Virus record (IMG/VR): IMGVR_UViG_3300042013_000056 | Span: 1-64,000 of that record | Length of the DNA stretch: 64,000 nucleotides | DNA from: a virus | Reading direction: 5' to 3' (one strand) | Shown: positions 38,260 through 47,820 of the stretch, piece after piece | Layout: every line of letters begins with the position of its first letter | How positions within the stretch are numbered: position 1 is the stretch's first letter | Made by a program: the position numbers and the translations under genes | The notes under the pieces: model-generated | Database searches by the model: none | The model's input: the letters and a program-made list of their open reading frames with translations, nothing else | Told to the model about the DNA's origin: nothing

Positions 38260-38529
38260 TTAGAGCGTCACAGTCTTGACTGTGGTTCGCTTCACGGTGC
38301 TGTCATAGTTGTCACACAACCATTGATGCCCCTTTGCAAACGTTTCATTGAAGTGTTCCAGCGTTGCGGCAACCACACCAGCGGGCAACCGTTCGCCTTT
38401 GTTGCCATAAAATTCGGCTTCGTCCTGTTTCAGATAGATCGCGTCTGCAATCACCACACCATTCAAGGTGATATCCGCGCAAGCCGGAATGCCACCGGCA
38501 ACAACTGTATAGACTTGAGGCATGTTCAT
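38260..38529 (-). CDS. Hypothetical protein
   Basis: SD plus terminator. Confidence 0.7.
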   Translation of the reverse strand: MNMPQVYTVVAGGIPACADITLNGVVIADAIYLKQDEAEFYGNKGERLPAGVVAATLEHFNETFAKGHQWLCDNYDSTVKRTTVKTVTL

Positions 38530-38535
38530 AATTCC

Positions 38536-39057
38536 TTATGCGGCCTGTTTCTGTTCAACAGCTACAGCTTTGAAAATCAGTTCACGTCGGCCCGGTCGTT
38601 TAACTTCGTCAACCTTGTAACCCATACGGACCACAAGCCCCGTCGATTCAGCCCAGCGCATTGCGTTGGATACGTGCATAAGTTTCATTTTCAACTTTTT
38701 GCGGGCTTGCTTAACGGTGAATTCTTGTCCGTTCTGTGCGTTGATGAATGTTACCAGACTACGGCGGGTTTTGGTCTGGTTTGCCGAGATTGGGCGACCA
38801 CCCAGAGACTTAGTATTACCGGTTTGAGTCAGTTCAACCACTTTAACCGGGGTTTCTACTGCATCCAGAGCTTTCAGACCGGCTGTAAGTTCTTCTACCA
38901 TTTTCAGGCGGGTAGCTTCACTGTCGTCGTGAATGCGCAGGGTTTCGACTGTGAAACCATCAACACCCGGCACAATGTTGCACATTTCGGCCCAGTTGTC
39001 GCCGTGTAGCTTCTTGGCGGCACGTACAGCGGATGATTTAGCTTTGTAAGTAGTCAT
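38536..39057 (-). CDS. Winged-HTH DNA-binding protein, paralog of 58439-58900
   Basis: GGR..S..Q, FTV, VSNA, PGRRELIFKAV. Confidence 0.7.
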   Translation of the reverse strand: MTTYKAKSSAVRAAKKLHGDNWAEMCNIVPGVDGFTVETLRIHDDSEATRLKMVEELTAGLKALDAVETPVKVVELTQTGNTKSLGGRPISANQTKTRRSLVTFINAQNGQEFTVKQARKKLKMKLMHVSNAMRWAESTGLVVRMGYKVDEVKRPGRRELIFKAVAVEQKQAA

Positions 39058-39151
39058 GTTCGAATTCCTTTATCAAATTGGCTTTCAGTGGTTTGTATCT
39101 TAATCGTTGTTTCTGGTTACGTCAAGGGTTTAATCAAACTATTTTCTATTT

Positions 39152-39550
39152 CTATCCAAGCCCCAAATAAACACCAGACAACACCAACACCCAACACCAG
39201 AAAATTACATAGTGTTTCCGCCGTCGCTTGCGGGTGTGTGGGTCTTCCTGTTCGATAATGTCACACCTATCAGGGTACAGCTCAAAGTCGGCTGATACAG
39301 GCTCACAGACCGGTTTAAACATCGATTCAGGGTCACGGGTCAGTGGGTGATATTCAATCGGCCAACCCATCGCCCGACAATATGACGCCCAAGCCTTGTT
39401 CCGTTTCAGAATTAGAGCGTGCTTTGTATGGGCATAGGTTACCAAATCAATAGCCTTTGCCGATAATGCTTGATCTAATTCAATTTCCTGTTTGTCTATA
39501 TTGTCCAACCGTTTCGCGGCTGGTATTGCCTGAAAACTAAGTTTATCCAT
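39152..39550 (-). CDS. Hypothetical protein with C-terminal TM anchor
   Basis: ORF with hydrophobic C-terminus. Confidence 0.65.
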   Translation of the reverse strand: MDKLSFQAIPAAKRLDNIDKQEIELDQALSAKAIDLVTYAHTKHALILKRNKAWASYCRAMGWPIEYHPLTRDPESMFKPVCEPVSADFELYPDRCDIIEQEDPHTRKRRRKHYVIFWCWVLVLSGVYLGLG

Positions 39551-39734
39551 ACATCACCAGAACCCCCAGAAACGGGGCATACAATAGGATTACAGTAACG
39601 ATACCATAGGTTTTGATACAATGCAACATCAGTTGTTGATAATATTTCATTGATCAGCCTCCTTTTCGTTGATGTGAGTATGATAGAACTATTTCAGGTG
39701 ACTGTCTAGTGGTTTGATACAAATATTTTTAGAT

Positions 39735-39850
39735 AAAAAGAACCCGCCAGATCGGGGAATCATGGCGGGTCAAATGAGGTGTTTCAGGGTTGGTTGTGAT
39801 TAGCCAGTCAACGAACTAACCACAGGGAGCGCACATAGTCCGTATGTGAC
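39735..39850 (-). ncRNA. Candidate ~115-nt small RNA
   Basis: TTGACA-16-TATTAT promoter (39857-39884), two hairpins, terminator 39735-39770; no credible ORF. Confidence 0.4.
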
Positions 39851-39967
39851 TGCCGAATAATAAACGATTTACATAAAGTGTCAAATAAACCCGATAAAAG
39901 GCTTGACAGATTGACAGATTGGATCACATCTTAAATCAGTGGCAATAAGCCACTGATTTTATAAGAC

Positions 39968-40285
39968 TTATTGGATGCCACCATAACGCCAGCTTTCGAC
40001 TTTCTTGGCGTCCAGCAAGTCGGCAACCGTTCCGCGTGGCTTGTTCTTAGCTGGGGCTTTCCACCCGGCAGACTTCCACAAATTGCCTTCTTGATCCATG
40101 AACCCCCAGCAATAACGGCGGTCGCTTACAGTTCCGTCCTGATTCACGTCCGTGCTAACAAGGCGTGTCCAGACCTTACCCGGTTCAGCAGATAGAAGCT
40201 TTTGACCATGCGGGCCACCGGTAGCGTTCAGAGTGGTGGTTGCGAATTCCAGACCTTCGGCTAGTTGTTTGATCAATTCCGACAT
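39968..40285 (-). CDS. Conserved phage hypothetical protein
   Basis: G.LWKSAGWKAPAK..RG motif; start set at MSELIK. Confidence 0.75.
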   Translation of the reverse strand: MSELIKQLAEGLEFATTTLNATGGPHGQKLLSAEPGKVWTRLVSTDVNQDGTVSDRRYCWGFMDQEGNLWKSAGWKAPAKNKPRGTVADLLDAKKVESWRYGGIQ

Positions 40286-40361
40286 TTTGTAACCCTCAAT
40301 TCGTTTGGTGTGTTTGTATTCTATCAAACCCCCAGCCGATTGCAAGGGGTTTGATTCAATT

Positions 40362-40736
40362 TTACATATCTTTTTTGCGCTTCACGTCTTGAGCATATCC
40401 ACCGATGTGCAATGCTTCCCGTACTTGCCAGTTACCCAACGCGTAACCACTTTCAGCGGTCATGTAACCGTTTTGAATCAACCACTCGCCCCCGGTAACC
40501 AAATAATGGTTATCATGACCCGGACGCATATCGGCAAAGCCACCCAATTCTTGCCATTCGCCACCAACCAACGCCGACACATAAATTTTGTGGTAGCAGT
40601 TAGTCATAGAATCATACCACCGAACACCTTTGATCGATATTTCTTGAAAGTTGTCGCATTTCGCGGTCAATGCGGCGGTGACCATTTTAGGGCCGTCTTG
40701 AGTTTGAATGCGGTAGTCGATGGTTTTCATGATCAT
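40362..40736 (-). CDS. Hypothetical cassette protein
   Basis: Own promoter and SD. Confidence 0.7.
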   Translation of the reverse strand: MIMKTIDYRIQTQDGPKMVTAALTAKCDNFQEISIKGVRWYDSMTNCYHKIYVSALVGGEWQELGGFADMRPGHDNHYLVTGGEWLIQNGYMTAESGYALGNWQVREALHIGGYAQDVKRKKDM

Positions 40737-40768
40737 GTTCCTGTGGTTGGGTGTGGTTGTATTGTAGC

Positions 40769-40793
40769 GGGGTTGTCGGTTTGATACAACCCC
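40769..40793 (-). promoter_or_regulatory. Palindromic promoter; centre GGTTTGA on +
   Basis: GGGGTTGTC-GGTTTGA-TACAACCCC (1 mismatch). Confidence 0.8.
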
Positions 40794-40807
40794 TATTTCG
40801 ATTCTTT

Positions 40808-41251
40808 TTAGTAGCCCCAGCTTTCACGGGCGTAGCGGTCAAGGTCGCCCATCAATTCAGCTTTGGACTTGTACAGGGGGCCAACAGTGCGCGGCATGCC
40901 TTGCGGGTTCAATACGCTGTCATGAATGTCTACCACACGCCACAGGCCGTGGCCTTGATGCCAGTAGCCTAAACCAGCATAACGGGTTTTCATGATTTTA
41001 AACGTACTGGTGATATTTGCAGATGCTGGCACGGTTTCGGCCTTTTCAATTTCATACGTGAACAGGGTTTGCCCGTGGCTACCGCGAAACTCGGCACCGT
41101 CCTTTACATCAAACCAGCTATTAAAGTCGCTGACTTGCAACACGCCGTCATGAACACGAACATCATAATAACGCCCGTCGATATAGATACCGTTCCCGAT
41201 ATTCAAATGGGCGCGGATTTTGCGAGCTGCTGCGTTAGGTGTGAGTATCAT
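40808..41251 (-). CDS. Hypothetical cassette protein
   Basis: Own promoter and SD. Confidence 0.7.
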   Translation of the reverse strand: MILTPNAAARKIRAHLNIGNGIYIDGRYYDVRVHDGVLQVSDFNSWFDVKDGAEFRGSHGQTLFTYEIEKAETVPASANITSTFKIMKTRYAGLGYWHQGHGLWRVVDIHDSVLNPQGMPRTVGPLYKSKAELMGDLDRYARESWGY

Positions 41252-41331
41252 TTTCTAATTCCTTATGTCGGTTGGTGTAGGGTTATTCTATCAAACCACC
41301 CGAAAGAGTCAAGCGGTTTGATGTAATTATT

Positions 41332-41538
41332 TTACTGTTCTTTGATACTGGTAGTGTTGCCGTTCAACATGGCTATAACAAACACCGTGTTTAGATGTTT
41401 GATGATATACCTACGGTGTGCGCCTTTCTCACTTTCCCAGTCCTGCAAGTCCAACACCACACCATAGCGGCAAAGTTCTTTTTTGACGGCTTCCAGTTCG
41501 TTAGCCTGTATCGCTATCAGGATTTGCAATAGTGTCAT
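41332..41538 (-). CDS. Hypothetical cassette protein
   Basis: Start set at MTLLQ after GGGAG SD. Confidence 0.65.
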   Translation of the reverse strand: MTLLQILIAIQANELEAVKKELCRYGVVLDLQDWESEKGAHRRYIIKHLNTVFVIAMLNGNTTSIKEQ

Positions 41539-41609
41539 GTCGATAACTCCCGGTTGGTGTATGGGAATGATAGAACCCCCTGACAATGATGTCAAGGGGT
41601 TTGATAGAA

Positions 41610-41915
41610 TTATTTTGCGTTCAATTTGTCCAGCCGTTGCTGTTGACGGAACGCCGACAATTCTTTTTTCCAACGCTTGCAAAACCATTTGTTATATGTC
41701 TGCAATGCCTTGAACGCAATTTCAAAGTTTGCCGAATCACGCCGCCATTCCGGGCTTGCCTTGACGCTATCCGGGGTTAACCCCATTGGCCCTACCGGGT
41801 ACTTGTTCAAATCATTAGACGCAGCATCACAGGCCGCGTTTAGTTGATCTTGCTTAGCCTTTGCCTGTTCAAAAGACATAAGCGAATTACCGATTTCTTC
41901 TAGGGACATGAACAT
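41610..41915 (-). CDS. Hypothetical cassette protein
   Basis: GPMGLTPDSVK motif; start after SD. Confidence 0.7.
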   Translation of the reverse strand: MFMSLEEIGNSLMSFEQAKAKQDQLNAACDAASNDLNKYPVGPMGLTPDSVKASPEWRRDSANFEIAFKALQTYNKWFCKRWKKELSAFRQQQRLDKLNAK

Positions 41916-41990
41916 TTTGATAACTCCCGGTTGGTGTGGTTGTATTCTATCAAACCCCACGCCGATTGCAAGGGGTTTGATAAATTCTTT

Positions 41991-42296
41991 TTACTTGACC
42001 AGACCCGCCGCCATGCAAGCCTTTGCCCAGTAGCGTTGGGAACGTGCATCCTTGCCGGGGTGAATCGCTTTAATGGTGTGGCTACCGTCCGTGTGTAGCT
42101 CGCCTTCGGTAGACAGCCAATCCGGTGTGCCGGGGTAGCAATTCGACTGTGTGAAGCCTTCGCGGTCGATATAGTCCACCAGTTCGCGGAAACCATAATC
42201 AACATCTTCAAATTCAAAACCGCGTTCATCAGTTTCGCCCGCTTCTATTGCTTCTTGCGACCATTCCTCATACGTTACGGAAATTTTGATACCCAT
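41991..42296 (-). CDS. Conserved hypothetical cassette protein
   Basis: TYE.WS.E..E.GETDERGF. Confidence 0.7.
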   Translation of the reverse strand: MGIKISVTYEEWSQEAIEAGETDERGFEFEDVDYGFRELVDYIDREGFTQSNCYPGTPDWLSTEGELHTDGSHTIKAIHPGKDARSQRYWAKACMAAGLVK

Positions 42297-42376
42297 GATA
42301 CAAACCCCTGTTTTCGTTGGTGTGCCGGTATTCTATCAAACCGCCTGATAGTGTCAAGCGGTTTGATAAATTCTTT

Positions 42377-42703
42377 TTAGTCCGTCCGCTTGCCGATTGT
42401 TCGGGCGACGATAGCCACAAATTCCTCATACTCGGCCTTTGCAGCCTCATCACACGCCAGCCATTCACCGAAGTTCGGGGATTGGATCATTACGATATCT
42501 TCGCGGCTGTCAACCCCTTTCGGAATCAAATGCTGTTCATAGCTCGCCACACTGCCGACCGAATGAATCCGAAAGATAAACGCCCGGTAACCGAATATAA
42601 TCGATTGGTCAAGCGTATGCATGGTGAACTTGTATTTAAATTTCTTGCCGCCGTTCTTGACCAGTGCGGCAACAAACGCTTTTGTCATTGGATGTTGTTT
42701 CAT
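42377..42703 (-). CDS. Hypothetical cassette protein
   Basis: Start set at MKQHP. Confidence 0.65.
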   Translation of the reverse strand: MKQHPMTKAFVAALVKNGGKKFKYKFTMHTLDQSIIFGYRAFIFRIHSVGSVASYEQHLIPKGVDSREDIVMIQSPNFGEWLACDEAAKAEYEEFVAIVARTIGKRTD

Positions 42704-42811
42704 GTTGTAGCCCCTTTCCGGTTGGTGTGTGGTCATTATGGGGCTATATCAAACCCCTGTCAACAGGTTTGATACAAATATTTTGAGCAACAAAAAAGCC
42801 CCGAAGGGCTT

Positions 42812-43021
42812 TTAGTTGATACCTTGCAACTCCCGCCAGATGTCGCCCAACCGCTGTTCAACATCTTGAATCGATATGTAACCCTGTAGCTCGCTTTCCC
42901 CTGTAAATTTAGGGCTTGCCAGATACGCCCGGAACGCTTGCAGGCTGTCATCTGCTAGGTTAATGCGGCTGGTAAGGTTGTCTATCTCGACTTGCTTGGC
43001 GTTGACTGTAGGCATTTTCAA
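42812..43021 (-). CDS. Hypothetical cassette protein
   Basis: Promoter and terminator flanks. Confidence 0.65.
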   Translation of the reverse strand: MKMPTVNAKQVEIDNLTSRINLADDSLQAFRAYLASPKFTGESELQGYISIQDVEQRLGDIWRELQGIN

Positions 43022-43094
43022 ACCCCTGTTTTGGTTGGTGTGGGGTCATTATGATGCAACATCGAACGCACGTCAAGCGGTTTGATGCAATTAA

Positions 43095-43310
43095 TTAAGC
43101 AGCCATAGCCGCCGCTTCGGCTGCAAAACGCTTTAGACGGGCTTTGCAGTTACGCCACGACCTACGGTCACTAGGCGTTGAACTGGTAAACACTGGTTTA
43201 GTTCCCGGCATGAAAAATTTTAGGTGTTTGCCGTTTGTTTGTTCTATACCCCAACCCAAACCCTTTGCATAGTCCACTAGGTCGCGCATATCACCATTTT
43301 TAATGTTCAT
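43095..43310 (-). CDS. HicA-like toxin-fold protein
   Basis: GW.IE.T.GKH.KF..PG......STPSD.R motif. Confidence 0.7.
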   Translation of the reverse strand: MNIKNGDMRDLVDYAKGLGWGIEQTNGKHLKFFMPGTKPVFTSSTPSDRRSWRNCKARLKRFAAEAAAMAA

Positions 43311-43373
43311 ATCAAACCCTTATGTTTTATTGATAATAGATTGTTGCATTGAAACAAAATAAAGTCAAGCGGT

Positions 43374-43724
43374 TCAAGCGGTTTTGATTTCGTGTATCAG
43401 TTCCAGAACTTGCGGGCATTCTGACAGTTCATCACCTAACCGCAAGTGTTTAAAGTCCTTTGATGCAACCCGGTACAGGTGTCGGAATAATCCGCTGTTG
43501 ATGTAGTCCGGGTGTGAGTATGCAGCAACCACCCGACCCAATTTGCTGCTATGGCTAGCCACAAGCAACACAGCGACCGAACGCCCGTGAACCTGATAGA
43601 CATATCGGTTTGAGCCGTTGAACGTCTTAAACAGCGTTACAGACGGCCCAACCAAATAGCCGGTTTCCTTATCGGTGATGGTTGGGCATTGGTTACAGGG
43701 TGCAAGTAGACTATCCATAACCAA
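43374..43724 (-). CDS. Hypothetical protein
   Basis: ORF in array. Confidence 0.55.
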   Translation of the reverse strand: MVMDSLLAPCNQCPTITDKETGYLVGPSVTLFKTFNGSNRYVYQVHGRSVAVLLVASHSSKLGRVVAAYSHPDYINSGLFRHLYRVASKDFKHLRLGDELSECPQVLELIHEIKTA

Positions 43725-43734
43725 CCCCTATCGA

Positions 43735-44148
43735 TTAGACCGATTTGATAATTTCTGCGTTCTTTTCATACCATGCCAACATTTTTTGCAGGGCTTCGGC
43801 TGGTGTCTTGCCTTTGATCTTGCGGAATTTCAAACCAGCGTTACGCAAGTGATGCGACCATGATAACAATTCAATGTCAAATGAATTTGCGACGTTGTGT
43901 TGACTGTTACCATTCAAGTGCATCATGAAACGCATTTGACCGGTTGCATTCAACAGGATACCGCTTGCGCATTCGGATTTGTCCGCGACGTTGTAAAAAT
44001 CAATTACCACATTGTCACCCAAACTTTTGTAAGGGCGGGCTTTTGCCAGAAAGGTCGGGAACAGTTGTTTTATGCCAGTGTTAAAGGCTTCGCAACCTTC
44101 GGCGGCGTTGGCTACTGCATCTTGAATCAATTGGATTTGAGTTTTCAT
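43735..44148 (-). CDS. Hypothetical cassette protein
   Basis: Own palindromic promoter. Confidence 0.75.
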   Translation of the reverse strand: MKTQIQLIQDAVANAAEGCEAFNTGIKQLFPTFLAKARPYKSLGDNVVIDFYNVADKSECASGILLNATGQMRFMMHLNGNSQHNVANSFDIELLSWSHHLRNAGLKFRKIKGKTPAEALQKMLAWYEKNAEIIKSV

Positions 44149-44185
44149 GTTCCGGCTTCCTGTGGTTGGTATGGGTTAGTGTAGC

Positions 44186-44210
44186 GGGGTTGTAGGTTTG
44201 ATACAACCCC
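44186..44210 (-). promoter_or_regulatory. Palindromic promoter; centre GGTTTGA on +
   Basis: GGGGTTGTA-GGTTTGA-TACAACCCC. Confidence 0.85.
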
Positions 44211-44225
44211 CTTTAGCAATTTATT

Positions 44226-44546
44226 TTAGTACCGGGTTACTTTGTCCGGGTTGTCTTTAATCCATTGTTGCAACCGGGCCTGACCTTCGGCTTCTGATTC
44301 TTTAATCAGTTCCGACACCTTATGCGGGAACCAATACGCTTCGCAATCCATATAGATAAACCGGTCATACTTCGACAAATCGTTGGTTGTGTCAAACCCG
44401 ATAATTTCACGACCGGGGAAAATAACCCCGTAATCGTTGATGAATGTAACGATGTCACCGACCTTTAGGTCACACCCTACCGGGGCTTCTTGATCCAGTT
44501 TGGCGGCGAATGCTTCGATGTCGCCGTGGCCTGTACGATTTTTCAT
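44226..44546 (-). CDS. Conserved hypothetical cassette protein
   Basis: VGD.V.F.NDYGV.F...IIGF...YWFP. Confidence 0.75.
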   Translation of the reverse strand: MKNRTGHGDIEAFAAKLDQEAPVGCDLKVGDIVTFINDYGVIFPGREIIGFDTTNDLSKYDRFIYMDCEAYWFPHKVSELIKESEAEGQARLQQWIKDNPDKVTRY

Positions 44547-44583
44547 GATTTCGGTTCCTGTGGTTGATGTTGGGTAGTGTAGC

Positions 44584-44608
44584 GGGGTTGTAGGTTTGAT
44601 ACAACCCC
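44584..44608 (-). promoter_or_regulatory. Palindromic promoter; centre GGTTTGA on +
   Basis: Same 25-mer as 44186. Confidence 0.85.
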
Positions 44609-44616
44609 TATTTTGA

Positions 44617-44991
44617 TTATTCGGTGAAATAATCCCGGCTCAAACTGTGCGACCCGAATTCAACGTGTGGAACCTTCAAATCAATGTCATAATCGAACAA
44701 CCCGACACCGTGGCCCATTGCTTGCATGGCTGCATAATGGCCCCATTCTTGCGCCTTGAGTTCGTTGGTAGCGTTGTTGCTTTCGTACAAGCTTGCAACC
44801 GGCATGCCGTGCATCAGTTCGAGCTGAAAAGTCAGGGTATCAGCCGCATGCAACGCCGCCGAATCGATCACAGCGGGCAATTGATCCATGATTTCGCCGT
44901 GCAATGATTGGCCGCAATCGTCTGCCATGTCAGCATAAGCCGAACCGAAAAACGCTAGTGCCATGCCTTTCTTGATTTGTTCTTGAGACAT
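44617..44991 (-). CDS. Hypothetical cassette protein
   Basis: Start set at MSQEQ after AGGAG SD. Confidence 0.7.
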   Translation of the reverse strand: MSQEQIKKGMALAFFGSAYADMADDCGQSLHGEIMDQLPAVIDSAALHAADTLTFQLELMHGMPVASLYESNNATNELKAQEWGHYAAMQAMGHGVGLFDYDIDLKVPHVEFGSHSLSRDYFTE

Positions 44992-45107
44992 TTTTGTAAC
45001 TCCTGATTTGGTTGGTGTGTAGAGATTATGGGCTTGATTGATATGGCTGTCAACAGGTTTGATACAAATATTTTTAGATATGAAAAAGCCCCGGTTAAGG
45101 GGCTTCT

Positions 45108-45305
45108 TTACTTGACAAGCTCTAAATCCGCTTGGTTCCAATACTTGCAGCCGCGCAAATCTTGATCTAACCAAACTTCGCCGTCTTTACCGTAACAGGC
45201 CCGGATATTCGCCTGATGGTTGTCTTCCCGACCATCCGGGCAACCGTCCCAACTTGCCAACACATCCGGCTTTAGTTGTACGGTGTCGCCTTTCTTGAGT
45301 GACAT
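45108..45305 (-). CDS. Hypothetical protein
   Basis: SD plus terminator. Confidence 0.65.
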   Translation of the reverse strand: MSLKKGDTVQLKPDVLASWDGCPDGREDNHQANIRACYGKDGEVWLDQDLRGCKYWNQADLELVK

Positions 45306-45315
45306 GATTAACCCC

Positions 45316-45567
45316 TTAAACGTCGTTGGTAACCCAATTATCTTTCATGTGGAAAGATTCGCCGTTATCGAAACGCACGCTCAATTCATAACCCGGTTTG
45401 AACGTGTGAGTTACTTCGCCTTTCATGCCAACCGAAAGCTTTTTCAGGAAGCTATCACTTGGATAGTTAGGGGTCACACACGACCGGTTTGAGCTGTGCA
45501 TTGTATCGATGTTGGTTTGGGTTAGAACTACACGATCACCAACTTCGCGATGTACTGGCATGACCAT
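45316..45567 (-). CDS. Hypothetical cassette protein
   Basis: Own promoter. Confidence 0.65.
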   Translation of the reverse strand: MVMPVHREVGDRVVLTQTNIDTMHSSNRSCVTPNYPSDSFLKKLSVGMKGEVTHTFKPGYELSVRFDNGESFHMKDNWVTNDV

Positions 45568-45659
45568 TTTTGTATCTCCGGTTTAGAAGGCGTTTTGCCT
45601 TTCGATGTGGTTATTCTAACAGGTTGATTGAATGCGTCAAGCGGTTTGATAGAAATATT

Positions 45660-45959
45660 TCAAAATTTTTGAATCGGGCTTACCAGTTCGTCAACTAACC
45701 GGCGATCATTGGGTAACAGGTCGCCGGGGATAGCCCATTGGCCGTTGATGCGTTCCAGCTTGATAACCCGACCGGATGGCAGTCGAAACGTCGTCAAGGC
45801 GTCTGTAGGCTGTTCAGGACGGCATTTCGCACCGTCGTACAGTTCATCTGCCAGATACTGCGCACGTTTGACACATTGGGATTCTGTAAGGTGTAGGGCT
45901 TGTACTCTTTCCATCATACCGAAAGGCGTATCGGTCAAGGCAAACAGTGTATACAACAT
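45660..45959 (-). CDS. Hypothetical protein
   Basis: Coupled ORF. Confidence 0.6.
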   Translation of the reverse strand: MLYTLFALTDTPFGMMERVQALHLTESQCVKRAQYLADELYDGAKCRPEQPTDALTTFRLPSGRVIKLERINGQWAIPGDLLPNDRRLVDELVSPIQKF

Positions 45960-46204
45960 TACAAACCCCCCAAATCAGCATTGATACCGAAAATATCAAC
46001 GTCTTTAACATCAGTAAAATCAAGGGCCATGCATTTAGCCATGTAATCATCAGGCCCGCGGCGACCAATATTAAAAACATTACCCATATAATAAGCGATA
46101 ATTTCGTCCTCAGTTCCATTGATTTCGGTGTTAGTGGTAAATTCTTTACCATCTTCACCTTTCCACGTTAATTTTATGGTACGGCGGCGGGCTACTTGTG
46201 ACAT
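45959..46204 (-). CDS. Hypothetical cassette protein
   Basis: T.INGT..EI..YY.GN.FNIG motif. Confidence 0.7.
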   Translation of the reverse strand: MSQVARRRTIKLTWKGEDGKEFTTNTEINGTEDEIIAYYMGNVFNIGRRGPDDYMAKCMALDFTDVKDVDIFGINADLGGL

Positions 46205-46324
46205 GTTGGCGGTTCCTTGTGTTGTTTGGCTTTCTTGTGGTTATTCTAGCAGGTGGTTTGATATAGTCAAGGGTTTGATACAAATATTTTTAGGCGACAA
46301 AAAGCCCCATAACGGGGCTTCTTA

Positions 46325-46543
46325 TCAGTACATTGCTTGCTGGGTCAATTCGTTGACCACGGTTTTTGCAGTGTGTTCACTCAGACCGGCACGTTGGCAC
46401 ACATCATTGGCGTCTAGAACCATCCAGCGCCCCGACATGACGTTAAATTCAGCCCGGTAGGCCATGGGCTGGCTTGTGGTTGGTGTGGCTTGTACGGCGT
46501 TTAGCGGGATTACGTGGAACATTGCATTACCCCCAATTAACAC
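46325..46543 (-). CDS. Hypothetical protein
   Basis: Terminator downstream. Confidence 0.55.
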   Translation of the reverse strand: MLIGGNAMFHVIPLNAVQATPTTSQPMAYRAEFNVMSGRWMVLDANDVCQRAGLSEHTAKTVVNELTQQAMY

Positions 46544-46588
46544 AAAAAGCGGCCTATGCTAGCATATCACAGGCCGTTGTCAAATCCT

Positions 46589-46894
46589 TTACAGATGGCA
46601 GTCCAACCCGGTCGCGGCTGTAAATTCAGATTGCAACATGTCGGCATAGTTGCCTTCTGACTTGTGAACCAATTTCAGGTTAACGCCGTGAAAGTTGTAA
46701 AATTCAATGTCGTACAGGTCAGCCGGTGTCAAGATAATTTTCACCAAATTGATTTTATCTTTCGCAAAATTGGACGGTAGTTTGAACTGTAGGAAATTTT
46801 CACCACCTACAAACTGTTTCGCGCCAGTCATTGCGATAAACTTGTTACCGCCGATTTGTTCTAGGATGGTATTTGCTACGGTCAGATTCGACAT
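46589..46894 (-). CDS. Conserved phage hypothetical protein
   Basis: ANTILEQIGGNKFIAMTGAK...DLYDIEF...Y.D.L...F...TGL. Confidence 0.8.
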   Translation of the reverse strand: MSNLTVANTILEQIGGNKFIAMTGAKQFVGGENFLQFKLPSNFAKDKINLVKIILTPADLYDIEFYNFHGVNLKLVHKSEGNYADMLQSEFTAATGLDCHL

Positions 46895-46921
46895 TTTGAA
46901 AACCCTTGTTTCGGTTGGTGT

Positions 46922-46960
46922 GGTTGCAGTTTAACACCTTTGTATCAAACTGCAACCCCT
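46922..46960 (-). promoter_or_regulatory. Variant palindromic promoter (11-bp arms, 14-nt centre)
   Basis: GGTTGCAGTTT-AACACCTTTGTATC-AAACTGCAACC. Confidence 0.7.
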
Positions 46961-46968
46961 TTTCGAAA

Positions 46969-47430
46969 TTAAATATTCAGTTCCAACCCTTTGCGAATCA
47001 ATTCAATGGTAAGGGTTACCGCTTTTTCTTGTGCTTCTTTAAAACCCTTCGCGGTAAACTTTTGTTCTTTTACATCCTCACCATATTGACCACCTTTAAC
47101 GCACAATGTCCATGATTCACTTGACTTATAACGGGAAATTGCCAAATGGTTGTTATATGGGCTGGTGTCCTCATGCAAACCATTGATCAGGTAAACGATT
47201 TGTTTGGACTCACAAAACAAATCTTTCATCCAGTCAGCGGCTATCAAAAATTCGCATGCTTGTACAGCATCAAAAATTTTATACGAATAATCTGCATCAT
47301 CTGTAGATGTTGCATTTTCCACTGCATCATCTATTTCATCATCAAGTTTGGACAGGATAGCCAACGCCAACTGATTATCATCAGTTAGTGCCTTGTGTTC
47401 CAGTTGGGACAAACTTAGTTGATTAATCAT
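46969..47430 (-). CDS. Hypothetical cassette protein
   Basis: Own promoter. Confidence 0.7.
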   Translation of the reverse strand: MINQLSLSQLEHKALTDDNQLALAILSKLDDEIDDAVENATSTDDADYSYKIFDAVQACEFLIAADWMKDLFCESKQIVYLINGLHEDTSPYNNHLAISRYKSSESWTLCVKGGQYGEDVKEQKFTAKGFKEAQEKAVTLTIELIRKGLELNI

Positions 47431-47469
47431 GATTCAAATTCCTTTCAGTGGGTGTATGAGCATTGTATA

Positions 47470-47494
47470 GGGGTTGTATCAAACCTACAACCCC
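47470..47494 (-). promoter_or_regulatory. Palindromic promoter; centre inverted (TCAAACC on +)
   Basis: GGGGTTGTA-TCAAACC-TACAACCCC. Confidence 0.85.
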
Positions 47495-47502
47495 TATCGA
47501 AA

Positions 47503-47754
47503 TTAAATTTTACCGAACAGCCACAGGCTTTCCGGGGCTTGCGACGGTGTGAAGCGATACAGCCTCACATAACCATCAGCCATAACCACTATAAACACCA
47601 CGCTAGCCACGCGGGAATCTTCCAGAACGCGACGGGCTGCCATTCGGGCTTCGGCATACGTGGTTGTATATTCACCGTTGCCGACCTTTGCCAAATGGTC
47701 TAGTTCGAACAGTTCACGCAGTGGGGAAAGCTTGCTAGGAAGTTGGAAAGCCAT
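47503..47754 (-). CDS. Hypothetical cassette protein
   Basis: Start set at MAFQL. Confidence 0.65.
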   Translation of the reverse strand: MAFQLPSKLSPLRELFELDHLAKVGNGEYTTTYAEARMAARRVLEDSRVASVVFIVVMADGYVRLYRFTPSQAPESLWLFGKI

Positions 47755-47795
47755 TTTAAAATTCCTTGTTTCGGTTGGTGTATGAGCATTGTATA

Positions 47796-47820
47796 GGGGT
47801 TGTATCAAACATACAACCCC
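47796..47820 (-). promoter_or_regulatory. Palindromic promoter; centre inverted (TCAAACA on +)
   Basis: GGGGTTGTA-TCAAACA-TACAACCCC. Confidence 0.85.

Noticed and set aside
39890-39960. Tandem TTGACAGA on + as an antisense promoter
   Set aside because: No properly spaced -10; the adjacent hairpin is explained as the terminator of 39968-40285
44992-45174. N-terminal extension of ORF 44617-45174 (similarly 39968, 41332, 41610, 42377, 47503, 54051, 57938)
   Set aside because: The extensions read through promoter and terminator elements; SD-supported starts lie downstream
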